NCBI GenBank assembly: GCA_973895155.1
Contig: OZ316892.1
Span: 4,672,510 to 4,736,509, forward strand
Reading direction: 5' to 3'
From: Marsupella aquatica
Lineage: Eukaryota; Plantae; Marchantiophyta
Length of the DNA: 64,000 bases
A program made the translations under genes and the position numbers. The notes beneath the pieces were generated by a model. The model was not told where the DNA came from. It searched no databases and saw only the letters and a program-made list of their open reading frames with translations. The first letter of the stretch is position 1; every line of letters begins with the position of its first letter. Positions 24,055 to 35,817 of this stretch are shown piece after piece.

Positions 24055-24417
24055 AAATGTACACTTTTTAGGCCAAATGTACACTTTATTGCACTAAAAG
24101 TTACACTTTCTAGACCAAATGCACTTAAATGTACACTTGTTAAGCCAAATGTATGCATTTTGCACTCAAATGTACACTTTCTAGGCCAAATGTACTCAAA
24201 TGTACACTTTTAAAGCCAAATGTATCTATTTTGATGTTCAAATTTACACTTTTCATTGCCCAAATGTACACTCTTTAGGCCAATTGTAAACTTTTCTATC
24301 CCCAAATGTACACTTTTCATTGGCCAAATGTACACTTTTCCAAGCCCAAAAGTACACTTTTCACTGCCCAAATGTACATAAATCAAATAATAATACACTT
24401 TTAATGAATAGGCTGAT
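24055..24417. repeat. Right subterminal CCAAATGTACACTTT array and right TIR (24392-24417)
   Basis: More than 10 copies of (CC)AAATGTACACTTT with ~21-bp spacing, ending in the TIR. Confidence 0.92.
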
Positions 24418-24421
24418 ACAG

Positions 24422-27400
24422 ACAGAGAGTCCGCATATTAGAATTGGAAAGGCAGGTTGGGTTGCATTCAGAACAAGTTGGCAGTGAGACATCGAGTGGA
24501 GAAGGTGAGAGCGGAGGTGATGAGAGATGTTGTGAGGTTCTGGTAGGTCTTGGTGCCAGGGTACATGCAGGTTATGATGCAAAGGCATCACAGCGTAGCC
24601 CAATTTCAGAGTTACCGCCAGTTTCTGGTGTTCCAGCTATAGTAGAGGTACCAGCAGCAGCACCAGCAGAAGCAGGTACTTTCCCAATTTATTATCCTGG
24701 TGTTCCCGCTATAGTAGAGGTACCAGTAGTAGCACCAGCAGAAGTAGGTACTTTCCCAATTCATTATCCTACTTCAAAGATACAGCGAGAGGAGTCTATG
24801 TCGAGTGGATGTGACTCACCAGTTTTGGTAGAGTTACAGGCAGCCGCACCACCAGTACTGGCAGAGGTACCGGCATCAGAAGAAGAGATGTCACTTTTAG
24901 AAGGAGAGGCACCAAATGTTGCACCAACATCAAAAGTAGAGGTCTTAGCTACAGAGGAGGACAAATCGTTGGGTGCAATTGCATCAGAAGTACCAGGGTC
25001 ACCTCCGATTTCTGTTCTATTTCATGTTCCAACTAAGAGTCCGGGATGGGAGGCTAGGACGAGTCACATTTCACGACAACCAAATTTGCCTCGTGCTTCA
25101 AAGAGAGGGCAAGAGGACTCTATTCCGAGTGGCAGTCACTCACTAGCGAAGAGGAGGGCTATCGAAGTGGAGGAAGAGGAAGAGGTAGAGGAAGAAGAAG
25201 AAGAAGATGAAGTGGAGGATGGCGAGCATTCAGAACAAGACATTCACTGGGAAGAGTGTGCCACAGAGAGTGGAAAGGTTAGCGATTTTTTTCCTTTGTT
25301 GTGTGATTACTGTTTTTCCAGAAACAATGTTCAAGCATATCTAACTTGGCTGTGAGCGGGATCCGCAGATTGATATCCAAGGGTCTCACTTGACAGAGGA
25401 GGCATGCCCTCCACCTGGTACAATGACTATAGCTCTATATCCACACCAACGGATTGGTCTTGCATGGATGTTGGAACGCGAATCCGGAAAAAGCTCTCCA
25501 ATTGGTGGGATGTTGGCGGATGACCAGGTACAAAAGCCCCCAAATTAAGCCGAAGTCGCACTCATTATTTTCATTCAGCGGGATACTTTGGGGGTATTTT
25601 TGGAGTATGTTAGGGGTACGCGCGCACCTTGTCTGCAAGTGAGTGGGTCCCTGACCGTTTTCTTGGCTTGGATTTTTTTAGGGAATGGGGAAAACCATGC
25701 ATGTCAGAGCGCTATTTCTCGTGAATCGCCCTCATAAGTGTGGGCCAACTCTAGTTGTTTGTCCAGCCAGCGTGGTGATTCAATGGGGCCAAGAAATAGC
25801 TGCAAGGACCTCCAAGATAGCAAAAGTGAAGGTCCTCCTCTACCACAACAAGAGGAATAAAGACATCAACTTTATTTCAAGCCATGACGTGGTTGTCACT
25901 ACGTACTCAATCATGACAGGGGAGTCTCCCATTGCTCCAAAGACGTCCAGCGTGCCAAAAGGGAGTATGAAGAGACCTGTAAAAAAACCTAGACTTGCAG
26001 GTCCACTATTTAAGATTAGTTGGCTTAGAGTAGTCCTGGATGAGTGTCATGTCATGAAAAATAAAACTAGTCAAAATTTCAAGGCCTCGCGTTGTCTCAA
26101 GGCAGAGAGGAGGTGGTGCCTAAGCGGTACACCCATATAGAACGAGGCTTCTGATCTGTTTCCTTACTTCAGTTTTCTGAGGTATTATCCTCTAGGAGAG
26201 TGGAAGGAATTCTCGTAGTTAAAGAAGCTGCTGAAGACAAGGCCAAAGATAGCGAATGGCATCCTCTCGAAACACTTGGTTGCGATTGCGCTCAGGAGAG
26301 ACAAAAGTAAGCGTGCATGCATATATCATGGTAGAGTTCACTTTGTTTAATCCCAAGCCTGATTTCTTTATCAATTGTGCATTTACCCTGCCACTGTGCT
26401 TACATGCAGGCATACTCCCACTGCCCCCTAAGACGATCGAGGTGCAAATTGTTGAATGGAGAACACAGCAAGAACGAAACGCTTATTTTGATCAGGAGGA
26501 AAAGAGTAAGGAGTTATACAAGGTACGTAAGGCTCTTAATAATCCCCAATGTTGAAGACATATGAGAGTTCAATTTGATCCCTTGAAGGTGTCTGTTCGG
26601 TGGCAATTAATGTGCCTGTAATGTTGTAGGAATTCCGTGACGCCGAAAGAGGTGCCTTATCGAATGTGTTGAGCGTTCTGCTCCGGTTGCGACAATTTGC
26701 AGTGCACCCGAAACTTCCTTCCTTATGTAAAATTCGCGAAGAGGAGATCGGGAACAAAGTGCAAAGAACGCCCCTTAGTGAGCCTCAACGAGCCCGACTC
26801 GTGTCAGAGTTTCAGCAATTGAAGATTGGAAGTGCTTGCGTGGACTGCAAGGTGAGTACAGTCACTCTGTGTATGGGGTATGATTGGGGTATTATTGGGG
26901 TATGATTGAGGTATTTCAATTAACGTGCTTTGCCTAACAATTTCTGCACGCACTCACTTTAACGGTTGGATTGTGCAGGGGGGCTTGATTGGAAGTCCAT
27001 TTCAGATTTCTGGCTGTGGCCATGTATACTGTGGCATTTGTGCAATAGACCGGGAAGCTGGAACCTGCAAATCGGCAAAATGTTCAAAATACGTGACAGC
27101 CCAGGTCCTATACAGGCCAGCTGATTTGAGGCTAGTGAATGGTGGTGTGGAGTCAAAAGGGAAGGCGCAAAGAGAATATGATGTCCGACACCCACCTTCT
27201 CCAAAATTTGATGCAGTCTTGGAATACCTGAAGTCGATTCCGCTGGACACTACAAGACAGGGCAGCAGCGAAAGCTTTGTGCCCAGGCAGAAGGCTCTTG
27301 TTTTCTCACAATGGACTTCGTGTCTCGACATGCTTGAGCCACACATTCTGAAGGCTGGTCTAAAGTTCACAAGGATTGATGGAGGAATGAATTCCAATGT

Positions 27401-28060
27401 CAGAGAACAAGCCTTGAATGATTTCAAGACGACCCCAGAGGTACAACCGTCATTATCCGTGCAGATCGGTGTCTGTATTTGTTCAAAGGGTAAACTCTTC
27501 ATATTCTAATTAAACTGTTTCTACTCATTTCATGCAGATCAGCATTATCCTCTTGTCCTTGATGGCAACAAACACAGGACTCAACATCACTGAGGCTACA
27601 CATGTTCTTATGGTAGACGGGTGGTGGAATCCCACGGTAGAGGACCAGGCCGTCGATTGGTCACATCGTATAGGGCAAACAAGGCCGGTGAAAGTCGTCA
27701 GGTTTATCGCCAAAGATTTGATTGAGTTGAAGATTTTGGAGCTGCAGGTAAGATTAGAAGTGCTTGCGTGGACTGCAAGGTGAATAAAGTCACTCTGTGT
27801 ATGGGGTATTATTGGGGTATTTCAGTTCGCGTGCTTTGCCTAACAATTCCTGCACGCACTCACTAGTAATGATGAATTACAAATTCCATATATGTGGTCT
27901 CTAATTGTACGCATGTTGCATGTTTTGTTCAGAACAAAAAACGAGTGATGATCAGGGACATCATGTATGGCTGTGCAACCGGGAAAAAAGATAACATGGA
28001 ACAAAATCTGGAGTTCATTCTGGGAGAGAATCGGCAGCAGAGGTTCAATGCATCAGAGTA
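24422..28060 (+). pseudogene. SNF2-RING helicase (RAD5/RAD16/CHR27-28-like) pseudogene, 3' part
   Basis: Spliced exons give LYPHQRIGLAWM...GGMLADDQ|GMGKT, TLVVCPASV, VVTTYS, VVLDECH, LSGTPI*N (TAG at 26138), LLRLRQFAVHP, RING (CVDC..CGHVYC..C), KALVFSQWT, RIDG, GLNITEATHV, WWNPTVEDQAVD.SHRIGQ. Confidence 0.88.
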
Positions 28061-28583
28061 GCTAGATGAGTTTTAGCTAAGGTTCTCTTCGGTGCTTGAG
28101 TCAGTTAGGCAGTGACACTCTTACTGTTCGTTTACTTGTCAGTGCCACTCTCGTTTCCTCCCGTTGTGATTTTAGTGCAGCGGGACAACGATGAGACTAG
28201 GAGGACAGAGCCTGAGTGGGTCTTTCCTTGCCACATATGTACCTGTTCGAGCCTCCTGCGGGAGCATTATGAATTGAACACTTCATCTTTGAATCATGTC
28301 CACTGTTTCTCATGTCCACTGTTTCTTTGGTATTCTTTCTTGTGTTCTTTTGTGTGTGTTTAGGGTTTAGGTTATGCACTTGCAAGACACACCGAATGAT
28401 TACCCTAGGGACATAGGTAATTTACAAGCATAGCAGCCCGTCCACTACAAGTAGATTTGGTTCCCTACTAAATATGAGACAAATACCTTACCATGAATCG
28501 CTTTGATAAGAGGGGAATGAATTCCCAACTCATCTTCTGGAAATTACCAAAGAAAGAATACCGTGCATTTAAAGCCCTAATTG

Positions 28584-29255
28584 CCCTGGGCCCCCACTCT
28601 TAGGTAAAACGGATCGGACGTGAGAACGATTCAAGGGTCAATTTAATTCATATTGAAGTAATTTTTAGAATTGGCTTGTAACTAAGCAACCCACTCTTTT
28701 ATACAAATGTCACTTTCCAAATAAGGAAGGGCACTTGATATTCCGCTCCCATTCGATTTGGGGAAGGGGGTATATAATCATCTCCGCCACACGACATCAT
28801 CTTAGTGGTACACATGGCATCATCTAATATGTACATGTGTCTATGCCTTTTGGTATGCTGTTGTAAGTTGTGGGCGGGGTTGTGGGTGGGGTTGTGGGGA
28901 TCTTCCCTCCCTCAGATCCAATGGGCAGGGATTTGCCCCATGTGTTTCCTCATAGGGCAGTTCAAAACCCATGAGGAACTGCCCTATGAGGACACACATG
29001 GGGCAAATCCCTGCCCATTGGATCCGAGGGAGGGAAGATCTTTGAACAAATAAAATGTAACTAATGAAGCCTATATAAAAATCCTCAAATCTGGATTTTA
29101 TAATTATCGCAAGGATATTAAGTATTGTCAAAACGTGTTTTTTTCTAAATAACAAGGCAAATTTTTATTGTTTCAAAAATAATAACAAGGGGTACTAGAG
29201 GGGGTTCCGTTCACAGGGGGGGTAGAGATTTTTTACTGGGAGTGGGGGCCCAGGG
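28584..29255. mobile_element. 672-bp MITE, perfect 16-bp TIR, 8-bp TSD
   Basis: TIR CCCTGGGCCCCCACTC / GAGTGGGGGCCCAGGG; TSD CCTAATTG at 28576-28583 and 29256-29263. Confidence 0.9.
28899..29040. repeat. Near-perfect 142-bp hairpin inside the MITE
   Basis: Arms of ~65 bp (GATCTTCCCTCCCTC...GGGCAGTTC / GAACTGCCC...GAGGGAGGGAAGATC) around a ~12-nt loop, with few mismatches. Confidence 0.9.
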
Positions 29256-32096
29256 CCTAATTGCCCACCTTTGAAAGCTTTGCTACATAAGAAGCCATAA
29301 ACCCTACCTCCATGCCCTCATTAAAATCACTCACTATCACTTAATTAAATCAGTGCTCCTAATGGCGCTACAGATATCTTCAAATATTTTCTTGGCACTC
29401 CCCTGTTTCTCACCCTGTTTATGTGTGCTAGATCTGCCTGGTGCGTGGTAAGGTGTAGATTTTTGTGGAGTAGACATGGATCTTCCTGGTGTGGGGTAAG
29501 AACTGCTACTACCGATTGCTTCAGGAGTCTGCATGTCAAGCGTCAAGCAAACTTACTCACGACTGTTGATTCAAGCTCGCTAGCATTGGCATCCCGTCGA
29601 TGATAAGCTCGCTGGCATTGGCATCCCATCTCGACAGGTGGTTGTCGATGCTAAACTCTCCGTCGACACACGCTTCATCCCTCTGATCAATTCGCAATCG
29701 TTGACGATAAGCTCCCAACCTGATCATGATAGCGTTTCCCCTCTTGTGAGAGCGAAAGTTTGTGTATGACAGGATAGTTACCATGTGGATATGACCACCA
29801 ATTCAAATTGCGCGGACCATTCGGGCCAAATGGGTCACGGGGAATGGTAAACTGCCGCAGTCGGAGTGTGCGGGCCACGCAGATTGAGTGCCGCACAAGT
29901 TTTAGCCGCATCCGCCCGAACCTCAAACAGTTGTCCATAGGAATCGCCCGGACCAATATTTGAGACCCCCTATTTGTTGGGCAAGTCCAAACCGGGTCCC
30001 ATCCCTTCCAAGTCCCTACGTCCTCCCTCGTGACGCAGCCCGACCAGCCAGGAGCGAGGACTGAGGCCTGACCAGCAAGGAGACGGAGCAGGGAGATGGA
30101 GGGGAGTTGAGAGTGGGTCGACAAGCGAGGGAGGGGAGTCAACAAGTGAGGAGGGAGGGAGGGAGGAGTCGACGAGTGAGGGAGGGGAGTCAACAGGTGA
30201 GGGCCGGAAGAGGAGTCGGCGAGCATGGGAGAGGAGTGAGTCCCGATGATCGAGGAGGAGGGAAGAGCTTGGTCGACCAAGCCAGGGAGGAGCAAGGGTC
30301 ACAGAACAGGGGAAGAGGAGCGGCACCGAGCAAGGGAGGGAGGAGCAAGGCCACACTCACCCAACTTCCCAAGTGCAGCCTGACCGCGCAGCGACCAAGT
30401 GCGGCCCGACGATGAGATCCTCTTCCCTTCTTAATATCTATCCCCAGGTCCCCACCTTCGGTCACATATATCGATCCTGCAGTCTTTGCTCCCGTCCTTG
30501 CTACTCTATTGCAGAAATCCGCCCAAACTGACAGCTGTCTCGATAGATGAAATTTATGTGGAAGCAAATCGAACTTACAAGAAGGCTTCCGCCAACTTAA
30601 TTTCAGGATAACAATTATATAAGCCTTCAAAATGTTCAGGATATTGTACAGTGCCCTGATAGATCTGTCAGGATACTTAAATAGGAGAAGGTCACCATTC
30701 CACATCTACTGACCGTACAAAGAGCTGGGAATGGAAACTGACAAATGACCGATTCTACACCATACCACATCGACTGGTAGAAAGAGTTAGGGATGGAATC
30801 TGACGAATGATGATCTACATGTACATTACCACATATCTGCTGGTACAAAGAGTTAATGGAACTGACAAATGATCGATTATAGTCTGGCCTACGCTTACAA
30901 TGAATTACACTTCTCTAGCAGTAAATCCCACTTTCTGAAATAAATTTCCGGATAAAAGGGTAGCTCGGTACACCGGGCTCATACTCACAGTGAACTATAT
31001 TTGATTTGGTATACTGTTAAGTCTGGGACTGTTACAATCCTACTTGGGCTACCTTAACGCACAGCGAATTTCTTCATACCAGGCAGTAAATCCCAACCGA
31101 AACCTCACTTTCTGGGAAAACCTCTGCACTGAATCATGTCATGCGCCAAGCAAGCTAGCTTGAACCATACTGAAAGTTAGCTAAAGGTACTGAAAGTGAG
31201 GTTTAGAGATTATCATAAGTTTATGTATTCAAGTATTTGCAACCATGTACTTTAAATCAGGACAACAATAGGACCAGCTCGAGCAAGGTTTTGTTAATCT
31301 GATGTACGCTCCCCTATCACATCTTTTACCAATTCATTTATCTCTTCCAAATTCATATGTTCTTGAAAACATATATTTTAAGTGACTGTGTCTTCAGCAG
31401 GCCCCAGGTTATTAGAAACACTTAATAAGCGGGTTAATAAGCTCCTCAATCCTCAGGAAGTGTGTGTGCATGTGTGTTCGTATGAAATCAAGGGGCAATC
31501 TAAAAAATTTGAAATGATCTCTGCTTTTGTAATTTTGGCTTAATATCATGTGGGAAAGGTTAACTCAAGGTTTGAGAATGATGATGGTTCACGAATTATT
31601 TTAGATTCGATTGCACAGGAAATTAAATTAACAAATTGTTTAGATTGGAGACCTTTCGTCCTGAGATGGTGCATTCAACACAAAGTACCACAATCACCGG
31701 TCCTGGACACAAGCTGCTACAATATTTTGTACATGCATGTGAACCCGTTACATATGCTTTGATGAACATGTAAATGCAACATCAAAATGGAATGGCATAG
31801 TAAAATCTTCGGAACAATCTGGAACATGCAAAAATACCATATAACTTCCAAATTAAATTACAACATCTATTCACTCACGCGTACACAATTATCTAATAGC
31901 AACATTTTGCCAAGCCGGAATAACGTTAATCCTGGCCCAATCCGAATAAGGATATGGGAAAATAAAAGCTACTCTGAACACTGACAAATAACTCTACAGC
32001 TGATAAACCACTGGAAAGTTTACTATGCAACGCCCTCTTAATTGTCATCTTACATCACTGGGCTCTTTGCCGGATCGACCTGCGCGCTGCTACTGC

Positions 32097-33194
32097 TCAA
32101 AGCCAAATGGGACAAATGCCAAAAAACAGGCTTGGCTCAATGGGAAAAGAGTGCGGTATTCTCTCCCATGCTATTTCTTTGCTATCCGTTCCAAGCCCTC
32201 TACTTTGAAGAAGCTCGTAGCCAGACTGCCGGCCTCTCGCCAAACGAGCTATTATAAGAACCTCGTTATTTACAGGGACCGCAAAAGTGGGGTCAATTAT
32301 GAGGTGATTATGGGGATCCTCTCCAAGTTCACGGGCAACTTCGTCACATGAAACCGAATGCTGCTGTGCCCATAATTTGGAATTGATATCTTGGACGTAA
32401 ATCTTAGGATATCCAAGTGTCGGGCTTGTCATGAGATACTTTTTGGGTTCACCGTTTACCCTTCTTGGGTCACCTGTGAAGCACATTTCTGGGACTTCGT
32501 CCAAAGATAGAATCTCAGAAGGCTCTTCTAGTCTCCATGCATCAACTACGCTCCAGAAAGTGTTGAAACGATCTGGGCACCAGTCGACGTATCCTTGCCG
32601 CCAAAATTCATGATGTGGCTTACCTTCTGCTCGGAAATGGCAATTGATTACGCAACGCGTGTCCACCCCTTCTTGTCCTGGAATGTTTGTGCACTCTTTC
32701 CACAGCCCCTGCCCGGTCAGATCTAAGACATACACCTTTTCCTCGTCCTGGTCAAACATCTGTCTTGTGTGGTTGCTTTTCGTTTCTGTGCTCTGTGGAC
32801 TTTTCTGTTTGTGAGAACAAACATATAAGTTACCACTGGATGCAATTAACTGGCAAAACCTTTCGTTATCGCCAGGAAGATGTGGGATTGGAGGAAGTTC
32901 ATAGAATTGTTTCTCTCTCATTGAATAGAGAGAAATTGCATTCCTGTATGTGCAGTCATGGTGTAGCACATTGTTACATTTGACCTCATTGCTGTGCTTA
33001 ACAGCTAGAAACTCTTCCCGTGAATGGGACCGAAACCTCTCATTGTAGACCTCTCGGCTTTGAATTGCTTCTTGCCAATCGGGACTCACTGAACGCAATT
33101 CATGAAAATCTGTCCAACGCAACTTTGTGGCAATGTGGGTCAAAGTAACGTCGTCTGGGATCCCTGGAAGAAGCTCTTCGAAGAAAGAAGGCAT
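32097..33194 (-). CDS. F-box protein with degenerate kelch-like repeats
   Basis: 365-aa ORF; N-terminal ELLPGIPDDVTLTHIATKL...LRSVSPDW F-box; LPPIP...GNLYV...VYVLDL..W kelch-like segments typical of plant F-box/kelch proteins. Confidence 0.82.
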   Translation of the reverse strand: MPSFFEELLPGIPDDVTLTHIATKLRWTDFHELRSVSPDWQEAIQSREVYNERFRSHSREEFLAVKHSNEVKCNNVLHHDCTYRNAISLYSMREKQFYELPPIPHLPGDNERFCQLIASSGNLYVCSHKQKSPQSTETKSNHTRQMFDQDEEKVYVLDLTGQGLWKECTNIPGQEGVDTRCVINCHFRAEGKPHHEFWRQGYVDWCPDRFNTFWSVVDAWRLEEPSEILSLDEVPEMCFTGDPRRVNGEPKKYLMTSPTLGYPKIYVQDINSKLWAQQHSVSCDEVARELGEDPHNHLIIDPTFAVPVNNEVLIIARLARGRQSGYELLQSRGLGTDSKEIAWERIPHSFPIEPSLFFGICPIWL

Positions 33195-34532
33195 TTTGTT
33201 GAAACTTCAGTGAAGAATGTATCGGCAAACCTCTGGAAAAATATGATCACATCAAATCAGATTGGTGAGATTGATATAATAATGTACTTAGACATATTAG
33301 ACATATTTCAAATGTCATACCTAGCTGCAAATCAGTCTCATTTAATTGCCCTTAATTAAAGCAGGAATGATAGTTGCAATGCATGCATGCCAAAGTACAT
33401 GGAGAAGACTTTTGTTGCTTATGTGTATGTAAAGGAAACTACTAAGTGCACCACTTCTATCAAAACAACGAAATTCCTGGCGTTGCTACCGGAAACTGTT
33501 CAAGCTTTGCACTGGCCAGAATGAAAGATAAGGGAATTAATAACAAACCCGGGTTGCTAGCCTCTTACAAATGAAAGCAGTTGGAATTTTTAGACTGGAA
33601 AACAAAAGAGAACAAAGGCGTAGAGGTCATAGAAAAGACTAACAGATATTTATCACCATGAAAACTTAGATACTGCACCTGAATTGAAGAGACTTTAATT
33701 GGAGGCGAATCAAATTGGTTCTGGTCGTCCGGCCAATTAATCCTGTCAGAATTTAAGCTTTTGCTTGTGCACTCCTCTGCAACATCTCCTGCGTATATCG
33801 GTTAATTCTAGCTAGGAGGTAAGCACGAACTACATCCCCCATTTACAGTAGACCTCTTGATAGGTAGAAGTTGATGCGCAACAACGTGATACTCTAGGTG
33901 AGTGGGCTGTCGCCAAGAGACAGAAGTGGGAGCTAGAAAGAGAGAGAATGACGAATAGGGCCCCGAGACCCTCGTTATATATCGGGGTGGGGTTGGGGGG
34001 GGGGGAGGGATCCACAGTGGCTGATCGGAACTGATCAATGACCTAAAACATAAGTACGTTCCTGACATCCTTCCATGGACCAGGTAGTTGAAGCATATAC
34101 TAACCAATGACAGGAAGGAAATGACTAGCAACCATACCCCGCTAGTTAATTAGGGCAGCATTTGAGTACGATTGAAGGTGACTCGGTGAACAGCTGGCAA
34201 GATAGAGGCTTGCTCGTGAGCGCAAGAAACCAGATCTCCAGCGTCTCGCTGCAAGCATCCCGGCCTGCATTACTCTTAAATTTAATTTAATATCTTATTG
34301 CTAAGTCAATCACCTAGCTCTAACTAGTTCAGGGAAGGGAAGGGAAGCAAGCACAAGATGTTGATCCATCGATCACAATACGTACGTACAGCTAGCATTC
34401 GATCTGTCATCGATCAGTCAGTCTTGTGTTTCGATTAATTGGTTGCAACGCCGTGTTGAGAAACTAGATACATGTCCTTCCTGTCAGTGATTAGTATTTG
34501 CTTCAATTAGTTGTAGCACTGTATTGACGAGC

Positions 34533-34535
<3 letters not shown>

Positions 34536-34569
<34 letters not shown>
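34536..34569. repeat. (AT)17 microsatellite
   Basis: Directly visible; only a few AT units at the matching position of the other arm (~44320). Confidence 0.95.
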
Positions 34570-34574
<5 letters not shown>

Positions 34575-35047
34575 GCATTGCTTGTTCACTCATTCCTCGA
34601 GTCATTTGTCAGTTTTACTTTGAAGCTATTGGAGTTTAGAGTAAGAAGCTATCCCTCTATTTCTCGTCCTTCACTTTCACTTTCTCTTCTCTGAATTGCT
34701 TGTCCGGCCGATCAGTCATTCGTCAGTACATTTTAATCTCAATCTGTTGAAGTTAGATCGAATATAAGTAGCTATCCCTCTCTCTCTTCCCTCACTTTCA
34801 CTTCTAGATCCCACCAGTCTACGCACCCTCTCTTCCCTCACTTTCACTTGTCGATCCCACCAGTCTATGCACCCGTAGTCAGGGTCGGCATTGAATTTAG
34901 CTCTTGCATGAGTCGGGCGATTGCTAAGCTTCTATTATGGTTGCTGATTGATCGAGGCAGCCTCACACTTAATTTTAGTCTGCGCTAGCACTACAGTACT
35001 TCCGGGCCTTTGCACAGAGAGCAGACGAATCCATAAGTCTATCCCTT

Positions 35048-35817
35048 ATGGCATTCATCAGACAAAACATACTTCTGCAGGTATGAGCAATATTTCTGAT
35101 TAATGTATGATTGATCTAGGCTTTTTTAAAAGATTCCGAGTGATGTAAGATTTGATGCCATTTCTGAAATTAAATCAAACACGATGACTGTATCTGATTG
35201 TCTATATATTGTAGGGACAAGGCAATGAGAACCCATTGCGTGACGCCTTCAGTACATTTATGCGCGCCTTGCCTGACGATATCGCAAGTGACATTGTAGC
35301 TGAGGGAGGCGGATGGACAAACTCTGAAAATAGGCATCCTGAGGAGTGTAGAAGCTTCCGGATTACAACACCTTGTGTTATGTACACGAAGTTGGAATGG
35401 TTGATGCTTAGGGAGGAAGGCTTGAACAACGTGATATACTACTTATGCCTAGGATTTGTCCACAAGGTCGTAGTTCATTTGTGTCATGGCAGGATTCCGG
35501 TGCTACCGGGATATATATGGACAGAATGCACATGCCCCCTTCACGAGGTCACCAGGAGAGAGCAAGAAGTACTGGATGCCTTGAGTCTAGTATGCACACA
35601 AGGCAGAGTTCCTTGTGTACTGGAAATAGAGAATTGCTGTACCCAAATTGATCGTTTGCCAAGAGATCACTTGGGTGCAATCTGTGTCAATGGCATCTTA
35701 ACTGATAAGAGGTTATGTCCATGTTGCTCTGGAGAATGTAAATATATGAATGGTGACAGGGACGGTTTGGAAGATTGGGATGCGGGCGTTGAGATCGAGG
35801 AGGGTTGGTATGATTAA
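35048..35817 (+). CDS. Cys-rich protein of unknown function (copy 1, 2 exons)
   Basis: ATG at 35048, exon to 35080, GT-AG intron 35081-35214, then in frame with ORF 35236-35817. Structure and open frame are conserved in the inverted paralogue. Confidence 0.68.

Larger units (their letters stand above)
11333..24417 (+). mobile_element. Complete 13,085-bp Sola/DUF7869-type DNA transposon with cargo gene
   Basis: 26-bp TIRs (ATCAACCTATTCATTAAAAGTGTATT / AATACACTTTTAATGAATAGGCTGAT, 1 mismatch); 4-bp TSD ACAG at 11329-11332 and 24418-24421; subterminal AAATGTACACTT repeats at both ends; intact transposase inside. Removing it restores a reading frame. Confidence 0.93.

Noticed and set aside
24055-24380. 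CRISPR-like appearance of short repeats with variable spacers (also 15428-15770)
   Set aside because: Spacers are only ~6-10 bp or are themselves repeated, there are no cas genes, and the context is eukaryotic; these are transposon subterminal/intronic repeats.
27859-27872. CACTAGTAA as a possible CACTA terminus
   Set aside because: Lies within the duplicated intron segment of the SNF2 gene, with no partner end or break in gene continuity.
29300-30415. Overlapping ORFs and GA-rich repeats; possible right end of the CACTA-like element
   Set aside because: No recognisable domain, and no TAGTG terminus with TSD found; low-complexity sequence explains the ORFs.
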